This document shows, in pieces, positions 1-14,054 of a stretch of 64,000 nt of DNA (its first letter is position 1; each line of letters starts with the position of its first letter). This stretch comes from Octopus bimaculoides (Eukaryota): assembly GCF_001194135.2 (NCBI RefSeq), contig NC_068997.1, forward strand, positions 29,402,574 through 29,466,573. Reading direction: 5' to 3'. A program made the translations under genes and the position numbers. A model generated the notes under the pieces. The model saw only the letters and a program-made list of their open reading frames with translations. It made no database searches and had not been told where the DNA came from.

Positions 1-339
1 AACTGTCGACTCTCAACTCTTTGACTCTTGACCCCCTTTTGACAATCGGCTACTGGTCTAATTATAATGGCTGTCTCCCACCACTTTTTACTGAGAGGGG
101 CATAGTTTCACAATACAACAGTTTTAAATAAAATAGACATTGAAAAGAATTTTTATCAAAGCCAATAGCTTGGATGTTGGTTATACAAATGTTTGTATGA
201 TGTGGGGTTTTTTTTCCTCCTCCATTTAGTTATACTAGTTTGCAGCAAGTAGACTTGGGTCAGGGTGCATGTAACTTTGTTTTGTCAGACAGATTATATG
301 ATGTTTGTGATGAATCATTATATTTCATGGTTGCAAAAT

Positions 340-510
340 ATGAACATTACACATGGAGCGTGAGCAGACTCAAAGGAAATGATGCAAACCGCTCTGTTGG
401 GTGTGTAATGCCATTTTGCAAGAATAACAGTACAAATGAACTGAGAGAAAAGCTCGGAATCCTAGGAATCAGGTGTAAGGTGCAAGAGAGAAGACCAAAC
501 GCATGAGCAT
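340..510 (+). mobile_element. Degenerate RTE-type LINE fragment (post-RT C-terminal region)
   Basis: Translation ...STNELREKLGILGIRCKVQERR resembles the RTE ORF C-terminus. Confidence 0.6.
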
Positions 511-1111
511 ATCAAAACACTCATCAGGTTTTTTTCTTTAAGTGCCATCATTGGTTACAAAAGTGTATTACAGAGCATTCTGTAATGAATGTCTATAGTC
601 AAGTGACCCAAGGGGATTGGATCTTTGGCACACCTCAGCACAGGGGACAGGATTCAAACTGCAAGTAAAACCTCATCTGTTGTCCTTTGAAATCTGCTTT
701 CTGTAACTTCTCTTCACCACGAGGCAGCCCAAAATATGGTGTTACTATCATTTTACCCTATTTTTTTCTTTTTTTTATTTGTTTTAGCTATTGAACTTGA
801 CAACCAGTGTTGGTTTGGTTATGTTCCCATAACTTACCAGTTCAGCAAAAGTGATCGACACAATAAGTATCTAACTTTAAAAAATAACTACTGATATCAA
901 TTTGTTCAACTAAACCCTTCAAGATGGTGCCCCAGCATGGCCACAGTCCAATGACTGAAACAAGTCTGATAAGATATGAACGTACATCCAGCTACTTCCA
1001 CCACATAAAAACATTGAAGTTGCATCTCTTAGAACTTTTTTTTCTTCTTCAGATGCAGGATTGTTCGTGTTACTTCCATGTCTAAATGGTTTGACATATT
1101 TTTATTGTCAG

Positions 1112-1174
1112 GATGATGTGAAAAGAAGCAACAGAGAAGGGTCAGCTTCCAGAAGTAAAAGACACAATGACAAG
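1112..1174 (+). CDS. DYNC2I1: WDR60 exon, charged N-terminal region (DDVKRSNREGSASRSKRHNDK)
   Basis: tgtcag| ... |gtaaat, 63 nt, phase 0-0. Confidence 0.65.
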
Positions 1175-4100
1175 GTAAATGGATCTTTTAACATTTCTTT
1201 CAAAATTTTGGAAAACTACCACTGCATTGCTGACATTTTACAATCTACTCTTTGTATAGAAATTGAGAGAAAACCTTGTTCTTATCTACAAATACAGCTG
1301 TTCTCTAAACTTATGTCTACATTTGCTCTTAAGTGTGATACATCTGCCACAGATACTATCACTTACTTCATACCAGTATGAATTAGGCCATTTAGATAAT
1401 GAACATGTTTGTGTGCATTCATTCATGTGTGTGTACTTTCATTTCATGATATGTGTTCAGCATATTGGTTTGGATATTTTTTTCCAAGTGCTGGCTGTAG
1501 TTGTGGAGTTGACTGAAATTGAGTATGTCTATTGAGCTAGTGGAATAAGTAATCCAGATTCAGGGCCTTCCTTTGTTCTGGAAGACAGAGATCAGTATAG
1601 CAAATCTCCTGGATAGATTGAGAGTCACATCCTTTCCACTTTTTCACATCAACCTTCTTGGGACTGACTCTGGTTCTGTAATACAAAATCATCTTTTCTG
1701 AAGTGTTTATATTAAAATTTACGCTTTATATTATTTTATATACAAACTTTTTAAGTTGGGCAGATAATATGATACTTTGTGTACAAAGTGCAATGTTGCA
1801 TGGTATGAAACAGGCATTGAAGGCAGTGGTGATGTGGTATGCAAAGGCTAAAAAGAAAAAATGAAGGGAGCACACTCCACTGGACATGTTATGTGAGTGT
1901 TCATTGGACAATAAAGCACAAATGAACTGAAAGAAAGATTGGACATCATGAATCAGATGTATTGTGTAAGAGAGGAGACTGTGCTGGTATGGGGTTGATC
2001 TAATCAACTGACACCCTCCCGCCAAAATTTCAGGCCTTGTGCCTAGAGTAGAAAAGATTATTAGTTTCTTTGTCATTGTATCTTTTATCTTGTTTCAGTC
2101 ATTGGCTTGTGGCCATGCTGGGGCACCACCTTGAAGAGTTTAGTCAAACAACTCAACTCCAGTTCTTATTTCTTAAGCCTGGTACTTATTCCAGCAGTCT
2201 CTTTTTGCTGAACCACTAAGTTACTGAGACATAAACAAACTAACACTGGTTGTCATATAGTGGTGGGAGATAAACCCAAATATGGACGTACGCACACACA
2301 CACACACGTGTATATACAAAGGGCTTCTTTCAGTTTCCATCTATCAAATTCACTCACAAGGCATTAGTCAGCCCATGGTGGAGTATTCTCAAGATGCTGC
2401 ATAGTGGGATTGAACCCAAAACTACACGATTGCAAAGGTAGCTTCTTAACCACACAGCAATGCCTGCATCTGTATTAAAATATTGTGTACGTTATTAATT
2501 ATTTGTTAATTAACTTTTGTAAAACTTTCACTTTTAGACTGAGAAAAAAGACCGGATGGAAACTATGATTCAACGTGAAAAAGAAAAAGATTTTGCTGCC
2601 AAAAAACGAGAATTACTGAGAGAAGTAGGATTTAACCATTTTTAAAAATTCTATTTGTTCATTTTATTTTATTCTTTTCTGAAAGCTCTTTACAGTTTCT
2701 GCTTTTTTTCAAAATGAAAATGGGAATATTCCGGAAGCAGAAACAACATGCAAAAGAAAATAAAACTAGCAATTATTACTGGTTTAGGACCAGCAGAAGA
2801 TGCTTATTTAGAATTTTGTATCCAAGATGGTCTCTAAATCCTAAAACAACATGATTTTCCTCTTCCCTTTACACCTGGAAGAAGAAAACTCTCTTCCTCT
2901 CTCTCTCTCTCTCTCTTTCCTCTTTTCTCTTTCTCTCTTGCTTTCTCCTTCTTTCCCTGTTCCTATCTCTCTCCACTCTTTCTCCCCTTTCGTTCCTCCC
3001 CTCTCTCTCTCCCTCTCCCTCTCCCTCATGTTTTCCCTGCAGCCATGGGATTCCAACTATTCTTTCTTTTTTTGTTATTTTCTGGCTTTAGGGGAAGGGG
3101 ATCGAATTGTTAGTGCTCCTTTTGAACTATTCGAAGTCAACACTTGCGAGGAAGATACAACCAAAGAGGAAGTTCCAGTGGGATGGCATTCATATAAAGA
3201 AGGACTGGATGTTGTAGATAGTGCAAGGTCTGGAAATTGGATACATGACCAATGAGAAGAAGAAAGATGAACAACCTAGGAATCCTTGAATGGAGATGGC
3301 TTAGGTCCAGTCATATCTGATGAACAGACAGTGTGCTTGTTAGCTAAAGGCTGGAGCAACTTTATACCAATCAAACAGTTGGTCTTTTTCTGGATGTAGC
3401 CTGGAATGTCTTTATTGCAGCTGTAGCATGTTCCCTGTTGTTGGAACAAGACTTAAATGTGGCTCTTGCCTCAGTTTTGTTGAATGCCAGTTGGGATAAA
3501 GAAGGATATTTATTTAAATATAGATAATGCTTGTGATTGATACAGCTCGGTTACATAATGCTTTGGAGTTGATGACCACAAAATAATTATCAAAGCAGCA
3601 TTGTATCTACAAGTTGAGGACATCTTCATATTTGTGTTATATAGTGACAAACTGTTATTTTTGTTTCGCTGATTCTTAATATATTTTCTCTGCACACAGG
3701 AAGAAGAGGAGAAACTGCGGTTGAAACAAGAAAGACAAGCAAAAAGAGAGGCTAAAAAGTTAAAAAGTTACAATTATAAAGTAAGTCAATTATTAAAAGT
3801 TTTGTAAATTCAGAGAAATGTTGGAGGAACATATAATTTTATAGTTGGATCCACTGCCATTTAAAATATATGGTTTCTGTAAAGTGCAGAGAAACTAGCA
3901 TAGTAATATACGTTGAGTCAAAGTAGACATACTACCAGTGATTTGGGGATCACTGTATTAGTTAACAACTAAACTAAGCTATTTACATTATTTACATTTG
4001 ATGGATATTTGTCCTCATCTTGTTTGTTGTTAACACAATATTTTGGCTGATATACCTTTCAGCCTTCATCGGGGACCTTGGGGAAATTTCAAACTTGAGT

Positions 4101-4830
4101 TCTCATTCCTAAGGTGTTTTTTGATAAAAGGGCTGTCCCAAGAACATCTGTCACTGGGCATTCCAGGAAGATCTCAAATGCACAAGGACCAGGCAGGAAT
4201 AGAGAGAACTGCAGCAGATCAACCACACCAAAGGAAACTTGCTTCCTTACGTATCTCAAAAATTAGGAAACCTAAATTTAATTAATTTGCATGATAATTA
4301 ATACAATTGTGTTAATGAACAAATGATTTTGTCTTGGTTAATTGTTGCTGCTGATAAAACCAATCTATGATCAAAGGAATTCTAGCCATGACTATCCTGT
4401 CTTTTTAGGGATTTCTAGAACTATCTCATCCAATGTGTCTTTCTGATTTTTTCTTTAAGACAGGGTGTGATTTGAGAGATTTTGATGCTAATTATAGCAG
4501 GCTTAGCAAGAGAACTGAGGTTTGTCATTGACTTGTATAATTAACAGAAGACAAAGAATAATGCCAAAATGGTTCTAACTGTGAATTAAAATTTGCCCCT
4601 TTTTCATCAGACAACCAAAAACATATTTCTACTTTATGACATCCACCACTTCTTTTAACAAACAATTTATGATGAATTTTTTCTTTATTGTTATGCTTCA
4701 CCATCACCCTCAATTTGTTTCAACTCTTAAAAATGAAAAGTTTTTAAACTTTGCTTTCATGTAAAGCATTTAGAACATGGCTGTTCATTATCATACATTT
4801 CACTGTCTCATTCATTACGTACGTACGTAC

Positions 4831-4861
<31 letters not shown>

Positions 4862-7800
4862 CCTTTAAAGAGACCTTAATTTGGATTAATTGGTACTTAA
4901 TAGGATGATGATGTCCGATCACTGCAGCAGGAAGAGAGCAGCAGTTATGCAAAGGTAATCATTCCAACCCATAATTGATATTATTAATTACTCTTATTAA
5001 TTATTCTCTGTATTATTTTGTTAATTGATTTGGAGATATTCTTGTTGTGTATATTATTAATTGGACCAATCCATAACGATTCCTTTTATATTTTTACCAG
5101 ATTTAGTGCATCTAGAATTACAATACCTAATGTATTCTTTTTAAGATTTTTAAGGTTCGACTTCAGTACATTTTGACTTTTTTTTTTTTCTCTAGTTGAT
5201 TAAGTAACCATACACAGTCTTCGGTGCCACTTCAGCATGTTGTTTAACCTTAACCTTACACACTTACTCTGACCCGGAGCAGGTAATTTCATAGTGCAAC
5301 CTATGGATATTGTGATAGATCACATGTTAAAGTAGTGCCTAGTCTCCTCCAAGACTGCAAGGAATGGTAGAATCTATTGCAGTATTTGGTTATATCCCTT
5401 CATCTTGTAAGTTTAAATTTCATCAGTTTCAGCTTGACTTCCATTGGTATTTATTTTATGGTGACCCTGGGAAGATGAAGGTTGCTCCTGATATTAGACA
5501 GATTCCACACACATAACGTTGCCGAAACTGTATCCTTAAAATTAGGTTTCCACTTTAGCTTTTCAAACAGTTGTTGTGTTATAATTGTTTTAATTTCTGG
5601 TGTGGATTGTTATTGAGGTAAATAGATTCTTAATAACTGGCAAGGAGCAGATAATCATGATTTATAACATTTTTGAGGACTTCAATGAAATCCTGGTAGA
5701 AATTGGTCATCAATTTTTTAAGGATACACCCCTTAGTTTGATTAATTGCTCTCTTCCAGAGAAATATCATTGCCTATCATAAATATTTTACAAATTAGAT
5801 TAAGTAAAACTTTTAAATCTTGTTATTAATTAGCTTAACAGTTTTAATGATTAATTTAGCTTGTGAGTAGAATTTCTTAGAGACACAGTTGTATAGAGTT
5901 GTATTGAGTTCATTATTTTCTTTAAGGTTTCCATAGTTATGTGGATACTTCTGAAGTATGACTGACTGTTTAATATAATAGAATAGTTTTGGTTTACTAA
6001 TTCCAATTCTTTACTTGTTGGCAGGAATCAAGGAAACAGAAGCATGAAAAAAAGTCAAAAAGTCATGACATAATAGAATCGGTAAGTTATAATAAAGATA
6101 GTATTAAATTTAATTTATTATTCATTTCTACCAACATTTGAAGAAGTTGAAATGTTGTAATATTTTGCCCAAAGAATGGAATTCAATGAACAGTTGACAT
6201 TTGAAGAGAACATCATTTAGAAAGCAATTGGGTTGTAAAAGCATTACCATATGTATTGTAGAAGAGAGACACATGTTAGATTGAACATGTCAATAGGTGG
6301 TATATGCTATGTGAAAGAATGTTGTGGACCAATGGTAGAAATGTCTTCTGTATAAATAACAGATTGGTAGGAAACACTACTCTGTTAAATGTAATCTTGC
6401 AAAATACTGATGCCACTGCAAAAAGAAGTGTTACTCATCTCTAGAATTGCCTTTCTTTGCTATTTGGTCCATTTCTCTTTTCCATATTCTATTGTTAAAC
6501 AGCATTTATGTATGACGGACGGTCCTAGCGTTTATAAGTGGAAGTGAGTGCCACAAATGAAATGCTAAAATTTATTTTCTATTTGGTTAATTGATTACTT
6601 TGTTTGCTAATTTCATTTCGACTAATTCATCTCCATATTTAACTTGATTTGAGTTTGAATTACCCAAAATGTTTATATTGCTCTGCTGCTCATTTCATAT
6701 TTTATTTATCTTCCATCAATTTCAATAACTTTCCTTTTTAGTTCCTCCAAGCAAGGGTCCCCACCACTTAGCTGCAGACCAGTATCAGACCATGGATTAT
6801 TTGGTACCTGGCTGCTCAAAAAGAACAAATTGGATTTCTCTTTAATTGGCTATCACTGTCTGTAGGGTATTTTTGCATTACATATGTATTACGTAATATA
6901 TATATGTATTACATATATGTAATAATTAATTTATATATTCATGCACTTTGTTTTGTCATGTGTGTGTGATTCCTGAGTCTATGATGCAAAAAAAAAACAG
7001 GTTGAAGACCACTGCTTCACAGAATATCTAAATTTAAACCTAACACATTTCAGTGTGAGGAACAATATCATCAATTCTGTTTTGGTATTTTTCCTGCTTT
7101 TGCTTCATGATTCCCAAATGCTGTCTTGGCCGTTTCTTCATCCTTGACTCGTCTGTTTACTTTCTCTTATTGAATTAAATGGAGCAACTTTGCTTTTATG
7201 TTTTCTTCTAAACATGAAGCAACACCCACACTTTATCATCCGATTATTCATTATCCAATAATGAATAATCGGATTTCTTACTCTTCTCTAAATTTGATCC
7301 TCCATTACATTTCTGGACAAAATCCCTTCTTTGACAATTTCATTAGTTTTTTAAATATTCTTTTTTATTTTTCAATTTCTAAATTTTACTTTGTTTTTTT
7401 TTTTTTCTTTCTTTCTCTAGAAATTTGTTTTCTATGTTTGGTTATCAATTTTTCTTCTACTGTGGCATTTCATTCTGCCACAAGATAGATTATCATCCTC
7501 TATAATCTCTTAAATGTAATAATGATATCCAAAAGTTTTGGTTTATGTAGAGAAAGTTTCCCTTGTTATTCTGCATCCGGGTGGATTTGAAGATTCAATG
7601 GTGGTGAGTGTGGGTGTGTTAAAATTCCTTCTATTAATATTTAGGATCAAAGCTCTATAAGGTTTTCGTCATTTTGGTTCATCGAATCTCCCCTTTCTTC
7701 ATCCATGACATTCCAGGTTTTCATTATCTTCACCAACCTTAACATTAAAGTCTCCTGACAATAACAGAAAGTTGATTTGTGAAGTTTTATCAACAGCTGT

Positions 7801-10800
7801 TTGCAATTTCTCCCAGACTATATTCTTCAGCCTACAAATGTTGTTTAAATATCTGCACTTTTCATTTCAGAGAGAATCGGAGAAAAAACATAGAAAACAG
7901 AAAGAATCTGTGAAAAAAAATGAGGAAGTAAATTTACTTTCTAACAATTTTAATTTTAAAAACTAAACTTTGAAATTTATATAGATTCTTCATTTTTGTA
8001 TTTGGTTTGCAGGATTCTTTATGTAAATTTGTGTAATGAATCTCCATAGACACAGTCAAATTTATATAGATCTTGGGTCTATATAGATTGGTTGGGTCTG
8101 GGAGAAAACTCAGAGAAATGTAGGAAGTTTAGAAATTTAGGTGAGTGACTCAAAATCCATTTGTGTATGGTGGTGGTGGGGGGTTTAAGCTGTTGTGAAT
8201 TAGATGATGTTATTAACCATTGTCTCATTAGATATTCTTATAAAACATTACCTTTACCAACATTGTAATTATTTTTCAGTTTTTTTTCTAGAAAACATTT
8301 CCCCCTGGTACTCACTGGCACAGGTAGGAATATTTTTGGCAACTGGCTGTATGTCAAGTTTAGGAACTCTACATAATTCTCTAATCTGATCTAAACGCTT
8401 AAAACTGAGTAAGTTTCTCAAAAGAAACATTAGTTTTCTAACTTTTCACAGGACAAGTAATTCAGACCTCCGACTAGTGAAGGGAAAAAATAGTCGAAGT
8501 ATCTGTGTGTATCACATTACTGCCATTTATAGGATAGTATCACTCACTCACAATTATCATGCAATGACAAGGGTGACACAACTGCACACATACCCATACA
8601 GTGGGCTTCTTTCAGTTTCAAATCCACTCACAAGGCTTTGGTCAGCTTAGAGCTAGTAGAAGACATTTGTCCAAAGTGCCTTGCAGTAGGACCACATGCC
8701 ACTTTGGGTGGGCAACATCAATAAAACAAGCAGTTGTAATGCAGGAGACCCGACTCCTTTGACACACCATCTCTCGTTATAGAAACTGGTTTTGAGGTTA
8801 GTTAAAAATCCTTATTTAATAAAATAATATAAAATGAGAGAGAGAAAGAGGGGGTGGGGGAGAGTTTGAAGGATGTAAATTAAACTAATTTTCATAGAGT
8901 ACAAGAATTAGAAATGTTAATGTTTGTGAAGAAACTAAATTTGGTTATTTTGGAACTGGTTTCTTCTTCTAATGTTTGACACAATTTAACATTGTATGGT
9001 AGAATGTAGAAGCAGCATAATGTATGCCTCTCAACTAATTATCAGTTTATTCTACAGGCAGAAACGTCCAGGAAAAGAGAAAAGAAAGATTCCAAGTCTA
9101 AACATTACAGATACGAAGAAGTAAGTAAAATGAACGTAACAAAAATCTTATAATTCTGCTTGTCATTGTAACGCTTTCATGTGATTAGAGAAAAAGGAGA
9201 GAGAGAGAAGCGTCCATGACATGAGTTAGAGGGAATGTAATTGTAACACTGTCACGTGATCGGTTGAAGGGAAAGAGAGGAGAGAGAAAAAGAAGATAAG
9301 GTGAAGAGTGAGGCAGAAAGAAAGAAAAAGAGAGATGTCCATGATGTGAGGTAGGGGGGAACATAATAATTTTAGCAGAGGGGTGATATTCTGCTGGTGA
9401 GGTTAAAGAAAGACAGAGAGGGAGAGATGATGGTGGTGGTGATTGGATAGTGAAAAGTGTATTTGTTTTATTTAATTGGACTAAGTCTTTTATCTCACCT
9501 CTTACTTAACACATGTGCATAAGTGCAATTCTGTGAAATATTCATGCTTATTTTCTTGGCAGACATATGCAATTTAACTAAAGGTTGTATCATATGTATG
9601 GAATATTTTTTTTTTGATTTTGGGAAAATGTAAAAATAAGTAAATATTTATTTTATGAGTGCTGTGTATTAAGTCTATAAAATTGTGTATAAAGTGCATT
9701 AAGTAACCNNNNNNNNNNNNNNNNNNNNNNNNNNNNNNNNNNNNNNNNNNNNNNNNNNNNNNNNNNNNNNNNNNNNNNNNNNNNNNNNNNNNNNNNNNNN
9801 NNNNNNNNNNNNNNNNNNNNNNNNNNNNNNNNNNNNNNNNNNNNNNNNNNNNNNNNNNNNNNNNNNNNNNNNNNNNNNNNNNNNNNNNNNNNNNNNNNNN
9901 NNNNNNNNNNNNNNNNNNNNNNTGTTATTTAGCTATAAAAAGATAATAATTAAAAGGGGGGCAAGAGGGACATGCAACCCTGGTCAACGTTTTCTGTTTT
10001 ATTGTGTGTGCGTGTAGTGGGAGGAATTTATGTATTCAGTAATGTTTTTTTGAATTCTGGAGTAGAAAACTAAACGACTGCCCTGGGCAACACAAACGGC
10101 GGCTCTCCTTGATTAAATAGATTTGCAATGAAATTGTTGTAGCAAAACACTTCATTTCATGTTGCTCCAGTCCACTCAGCACTTGCACCAGACCAGCATC
10201 CCGTCCAGGTGGGGATTATATATGCCACTGAAACCAGGAAACTGCCCCTAATGAGCCTGGCATGGCTCAAGAAAGAAACATTTATTTTCTATTTTCTACT
10301 ATTAAGACAGTAAAGTGTAATTTGAAGGAAATTTTGCTACTATTCCTAGCAGGTCGAGTGACTTCATAGAACAGAGATTTCATTTTAGAGAACTTACCAA
10401 AGGCACATCTTTGCTGAGAAAAATAATGCATCTTTAATTTTTAAAATTCATTCATGTGAAACTTATAAGACTTAAAGCATTTAATTTATATGGCTTTGGG
10501 AGACTTGGTTAAGGGTGATTCCAAATTTAAATGTGGGAGAGATTTCACTTGAAAGTTAGGGGTTCCCCATCCCTGAGGTAGGAGCTATTTTCATTGGATC
10601 ATTATAGTGAAAATTGTGTGAGTAGATCATTGTGATTTCATTGCAGGGTAATGAAAAAAAGTCAAAAGAAGAAAGAAAGAAAGAAAATTCTGAAACATCT
10701 GTGAGTAATTAGTGAATTATTCTATTGTTTCTTATTATTATTGTTTAACACCAGGTCAGCTATAATTGAGCATATCTTTGGTGGATAACTTGTTTTTAAA

Positions 10801-11720
10801 AAGGGACACCTCACCCTTCCTGCTGCTAATTGCTCAACTGTCAATGAGGCAGACAATGAGTTATATACTTTGCTCAAATGCACAACAGTATTTGGTACCT
10901 AAGTTTGAACTCACGACTATGTATGTCATTTTTTATAATTTCTATTTCCTTGGTTTATTTCAGCCAATTGATCGTCCATCCACAGCTTATGATACACTTC
11001 CACAACAGCTGTTTATGTCAGTCCAGTTTTAAAAAAAAAATTAGGAAAAAGAGTAGTGACAATACGCACCCTTGCTGAGGTCCAACACCCATATTGGGAC
11101 ATTTTGACTCAGTACCATTTATCAGAACATCTGACTATTTGTATGGGGACTTCACAGTAACCAGAAATTACCCATTACTCCCAGACTCTTGCAAAACCCA
11201 CCACAGTATGTCCCCTGTACTCAGTTATACACCTTTTCTAGGCTTACAAAGCAAGCATATGCTGCAAGGCATGTGCTTGATTTGAAGACATGGAGGAGGT
11301 GTCTGAGCACTCTGCTGCCATAGCTTTCTAAGGAACGGTGGGCAGCAAAACTGAACCGATAGGTAGTTTCAGACTCACACGTAAGATCCTGTTAGAACTC
11401 CACCTTCATGGAGATCATAATGTGTTAGAAACCTCACAGCTTTAGCAATGAATTTCCTGCCAATGGTTTCTTAACTCACCTGTTTATTCATTCTTTCATT
11501 TTATATCGCTTTTTTTCTCCATGCTTGAATGGGTTTGACAAATATATTATTGAGGCATTGTTTTACAGTTGGATGCTCTTCCTGTTACTAACACCGCCTC
11601 TTATTGAAGTAAGAAATCTCATTTCACATACCTATGAAGGCACAAAATGAGCAGACAAAATGTTGACAGAAATGACAGCAAATAACAGCACAACTTGTAG
11701 TGACCATTGTAGAACACTAA

Positions 11721-11757
<37 letters not shown>

Positions 11758-14003
11758 AGGTTTCTTTTAGATTCCATCTACCAAATTCAATTGCAAGGCA
11801 TTGGTCAGCCCTGGGTTATAGTAGAAGACACTGCTCCACAATGGTATTGAACCCCAAACCATGTAGTTGGGATGCAAGCTTTTTAACCACATATCCATAC
11901 ACGTTTCCTAATTGTTTCCTTTTTTTCTCTTCAGCTCAGACACCACGAGAAGACTGTAAGATATAACAGCCATGCCGATGACAGTCCGAAACGTAAACAC
12001 TCAGGAGAATCTCATAAATCATTGAGAAAGAAAGAGGACTTGAAGCAAGACATTTCTCTACTCAAACACGATTTTCCAGAAAATACAGTAAGACATTGTC
12101 TACAATTAATTATTACAACAATGTTTTCATGTGTGTGTGTGTGTGAAGAAGGTAGAGGGTAGTTAATACAGGGTGCGGTGGATAAACTGTCTAAATTATG
12201 CAAAAATGGAAATAACACTGACATCTCATTTTAACAGATATATTTACCAAAATTACATAAAAATATCTTGAAATACTAACGAGTAAATTTATTTAACAAA
12301 ATCGCCATTGGCTTCAACCACGGCCTCCAGATGACTTCGGAATCTCCTGTAACTCGTCTGGAATCTTGCTTTTGATAAATGTTTGTTGTAAAATAACAGA
12401 ACATTTTGCAAAGATGTTGCTAACTAAAATTATCAACAGTGTCACCACTTAAAGTAATTTCATTTTTAGTCTGACCAATGGTAGTTTATTGATGATAATG
12501 ACAGTAAATTGTCTTTGATTCAGGAAGATAAAAAGCATGAAGTTACATCATTCTCCTAAAATAAGGTGGTCAGCTGACAAACTCATTAATGGCAAACTTT
12601 TTGGTTCTTTGTGTTCTTAGTTCAGAAAATGAATTATTAAAGAAAACTACACAAGGATATGAATTAATAAAGAGTATCAACAGATGATTCCTGGAAGCAT
12701 TATTCATGTTATGTTTTCTTTTTTCAAAAATGGTGATAAGAACTTTAGTTAGTTATAGTTTATACTAAAGAGTCAATGGTTCTGTATCCCTGGACCAATA
12801 TTGTTTGCTTAGTTTTTTTTCTTCCTATTACATTCTAACCTTTCATTCGTGTGGCGTTGATAAAATAAATTAACAATCAAATTCTGAGATGGATTTAATA
12901 TTCCTACAAAGAAGCAGAGATGTAAAAGGAATTATAATTGCATGCAAGGGAAGAAAGGGAGAGGTTATCAAAGGGAAGTAATTCTCAGTTCCAGCGCGGT
13001 GTTTACTTAAGTCCGGTTTGTCAAATTTGCTGTTTCACTTTCGGTGATTGTCTCTTCGACTTTACAACATGACTGAAGGTTTAGCAAATCTTGTATCTAT
13101 TGACTTTGAAGTTTTCGGTATTGTACAAGGTGTATTCTTCCGAAAGCACACGTACGAAAAGGCAATTAGTCTGAATTTAGCTGGTTGGGTACTAAATACC
13201 TACCACGGTACCGTGAAAGGTAATATACAAGGAAGCGAAGCAAATGTGGAAAAGATGAAAATATGGTTATCTGAGGTAGGCAGTCCTTCGTCTCGCATCG
13301 ACAAATGCACGTTTTCGAATCGGCAGAATATTCCCTGTTTGGAACACAAAGGTTTTAGAATTATTAAAGATTAGTTCTTTGGAAGACGCTGAACATTAGT
13401 TCCACCTGCTGAAATGGAAACGTTACTGAACAAGAATTTACAACTTTTAAAGATGAATTTGGAAATGAAGACTTATATTGTTTTGTTCACTGCACATGCA
13501 TATAACAAAAATACCAATAAAAATGTTTGATTTTTGTGGCATCAAAATCCCATTATTTATTTTCTCAATGACTGTATTTTGTAGAATTTTCATGGGTGGT
13601 TTAAAAGTTTGAAACTTGAAATAACTCTCTCTGAGTAAATCTTAATTTTTATTTGATACACCCATAAGTATGTTTGACTTAAGAAGTGTTTACCATTATT
13701 TCCTAGACGACGGTTGTCTCTTACTAATCTGTGATTTAACATAAAGTCTGCACATCTTGTGCCAATCCATGGCTGATTTCCTTTCTGTTAACTAAATTAC
13801 GAAAAAGTTGATGTCTTTGGATGAGATTTAAAACTACATCATCGTCCACAAGACGCCTACTTTTTCTCTCCTCGCGTCTGCAGGTTGTGAATCTAAGACG
13901 GGAAATGTGAGGATTCGAAATTGAAAACAAAAACCTTACTTTCCCTGACTTCAATTACTAAGCTATCATTTTGAATTTCAAAATATCTTTTCCCCATTCG
14001 TTC

Positions 14004-14054
<51 letters not shown>

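Noticed and set aside
2841-3255. ORFs rich in ER or SL repeats
   Set aside because: Translations of a (CT)n/polypyrimidine microsatellite.
3110-3500. Minus-strand sequence faintly resembling a Penelope RT/GIY-YIG linker
   Set aside because: Several stops and frameshifts; the resemblance is too weak to support without an alignment.
7050-7760. Possible degenerate retroelement and ORF 7198..7488
   Set aside because: Low-complexity F/L-rich translation with no diagnostic motif.
13725-13770. Minus-strand cagccATGG start (MDWHKMCRLYVKSQI) followed by a gtaaga donor
   Set aside because: No downstream minus-strand exons found and no recognisable homology. Kept only as a possible antisense transcript from the CpG patch.
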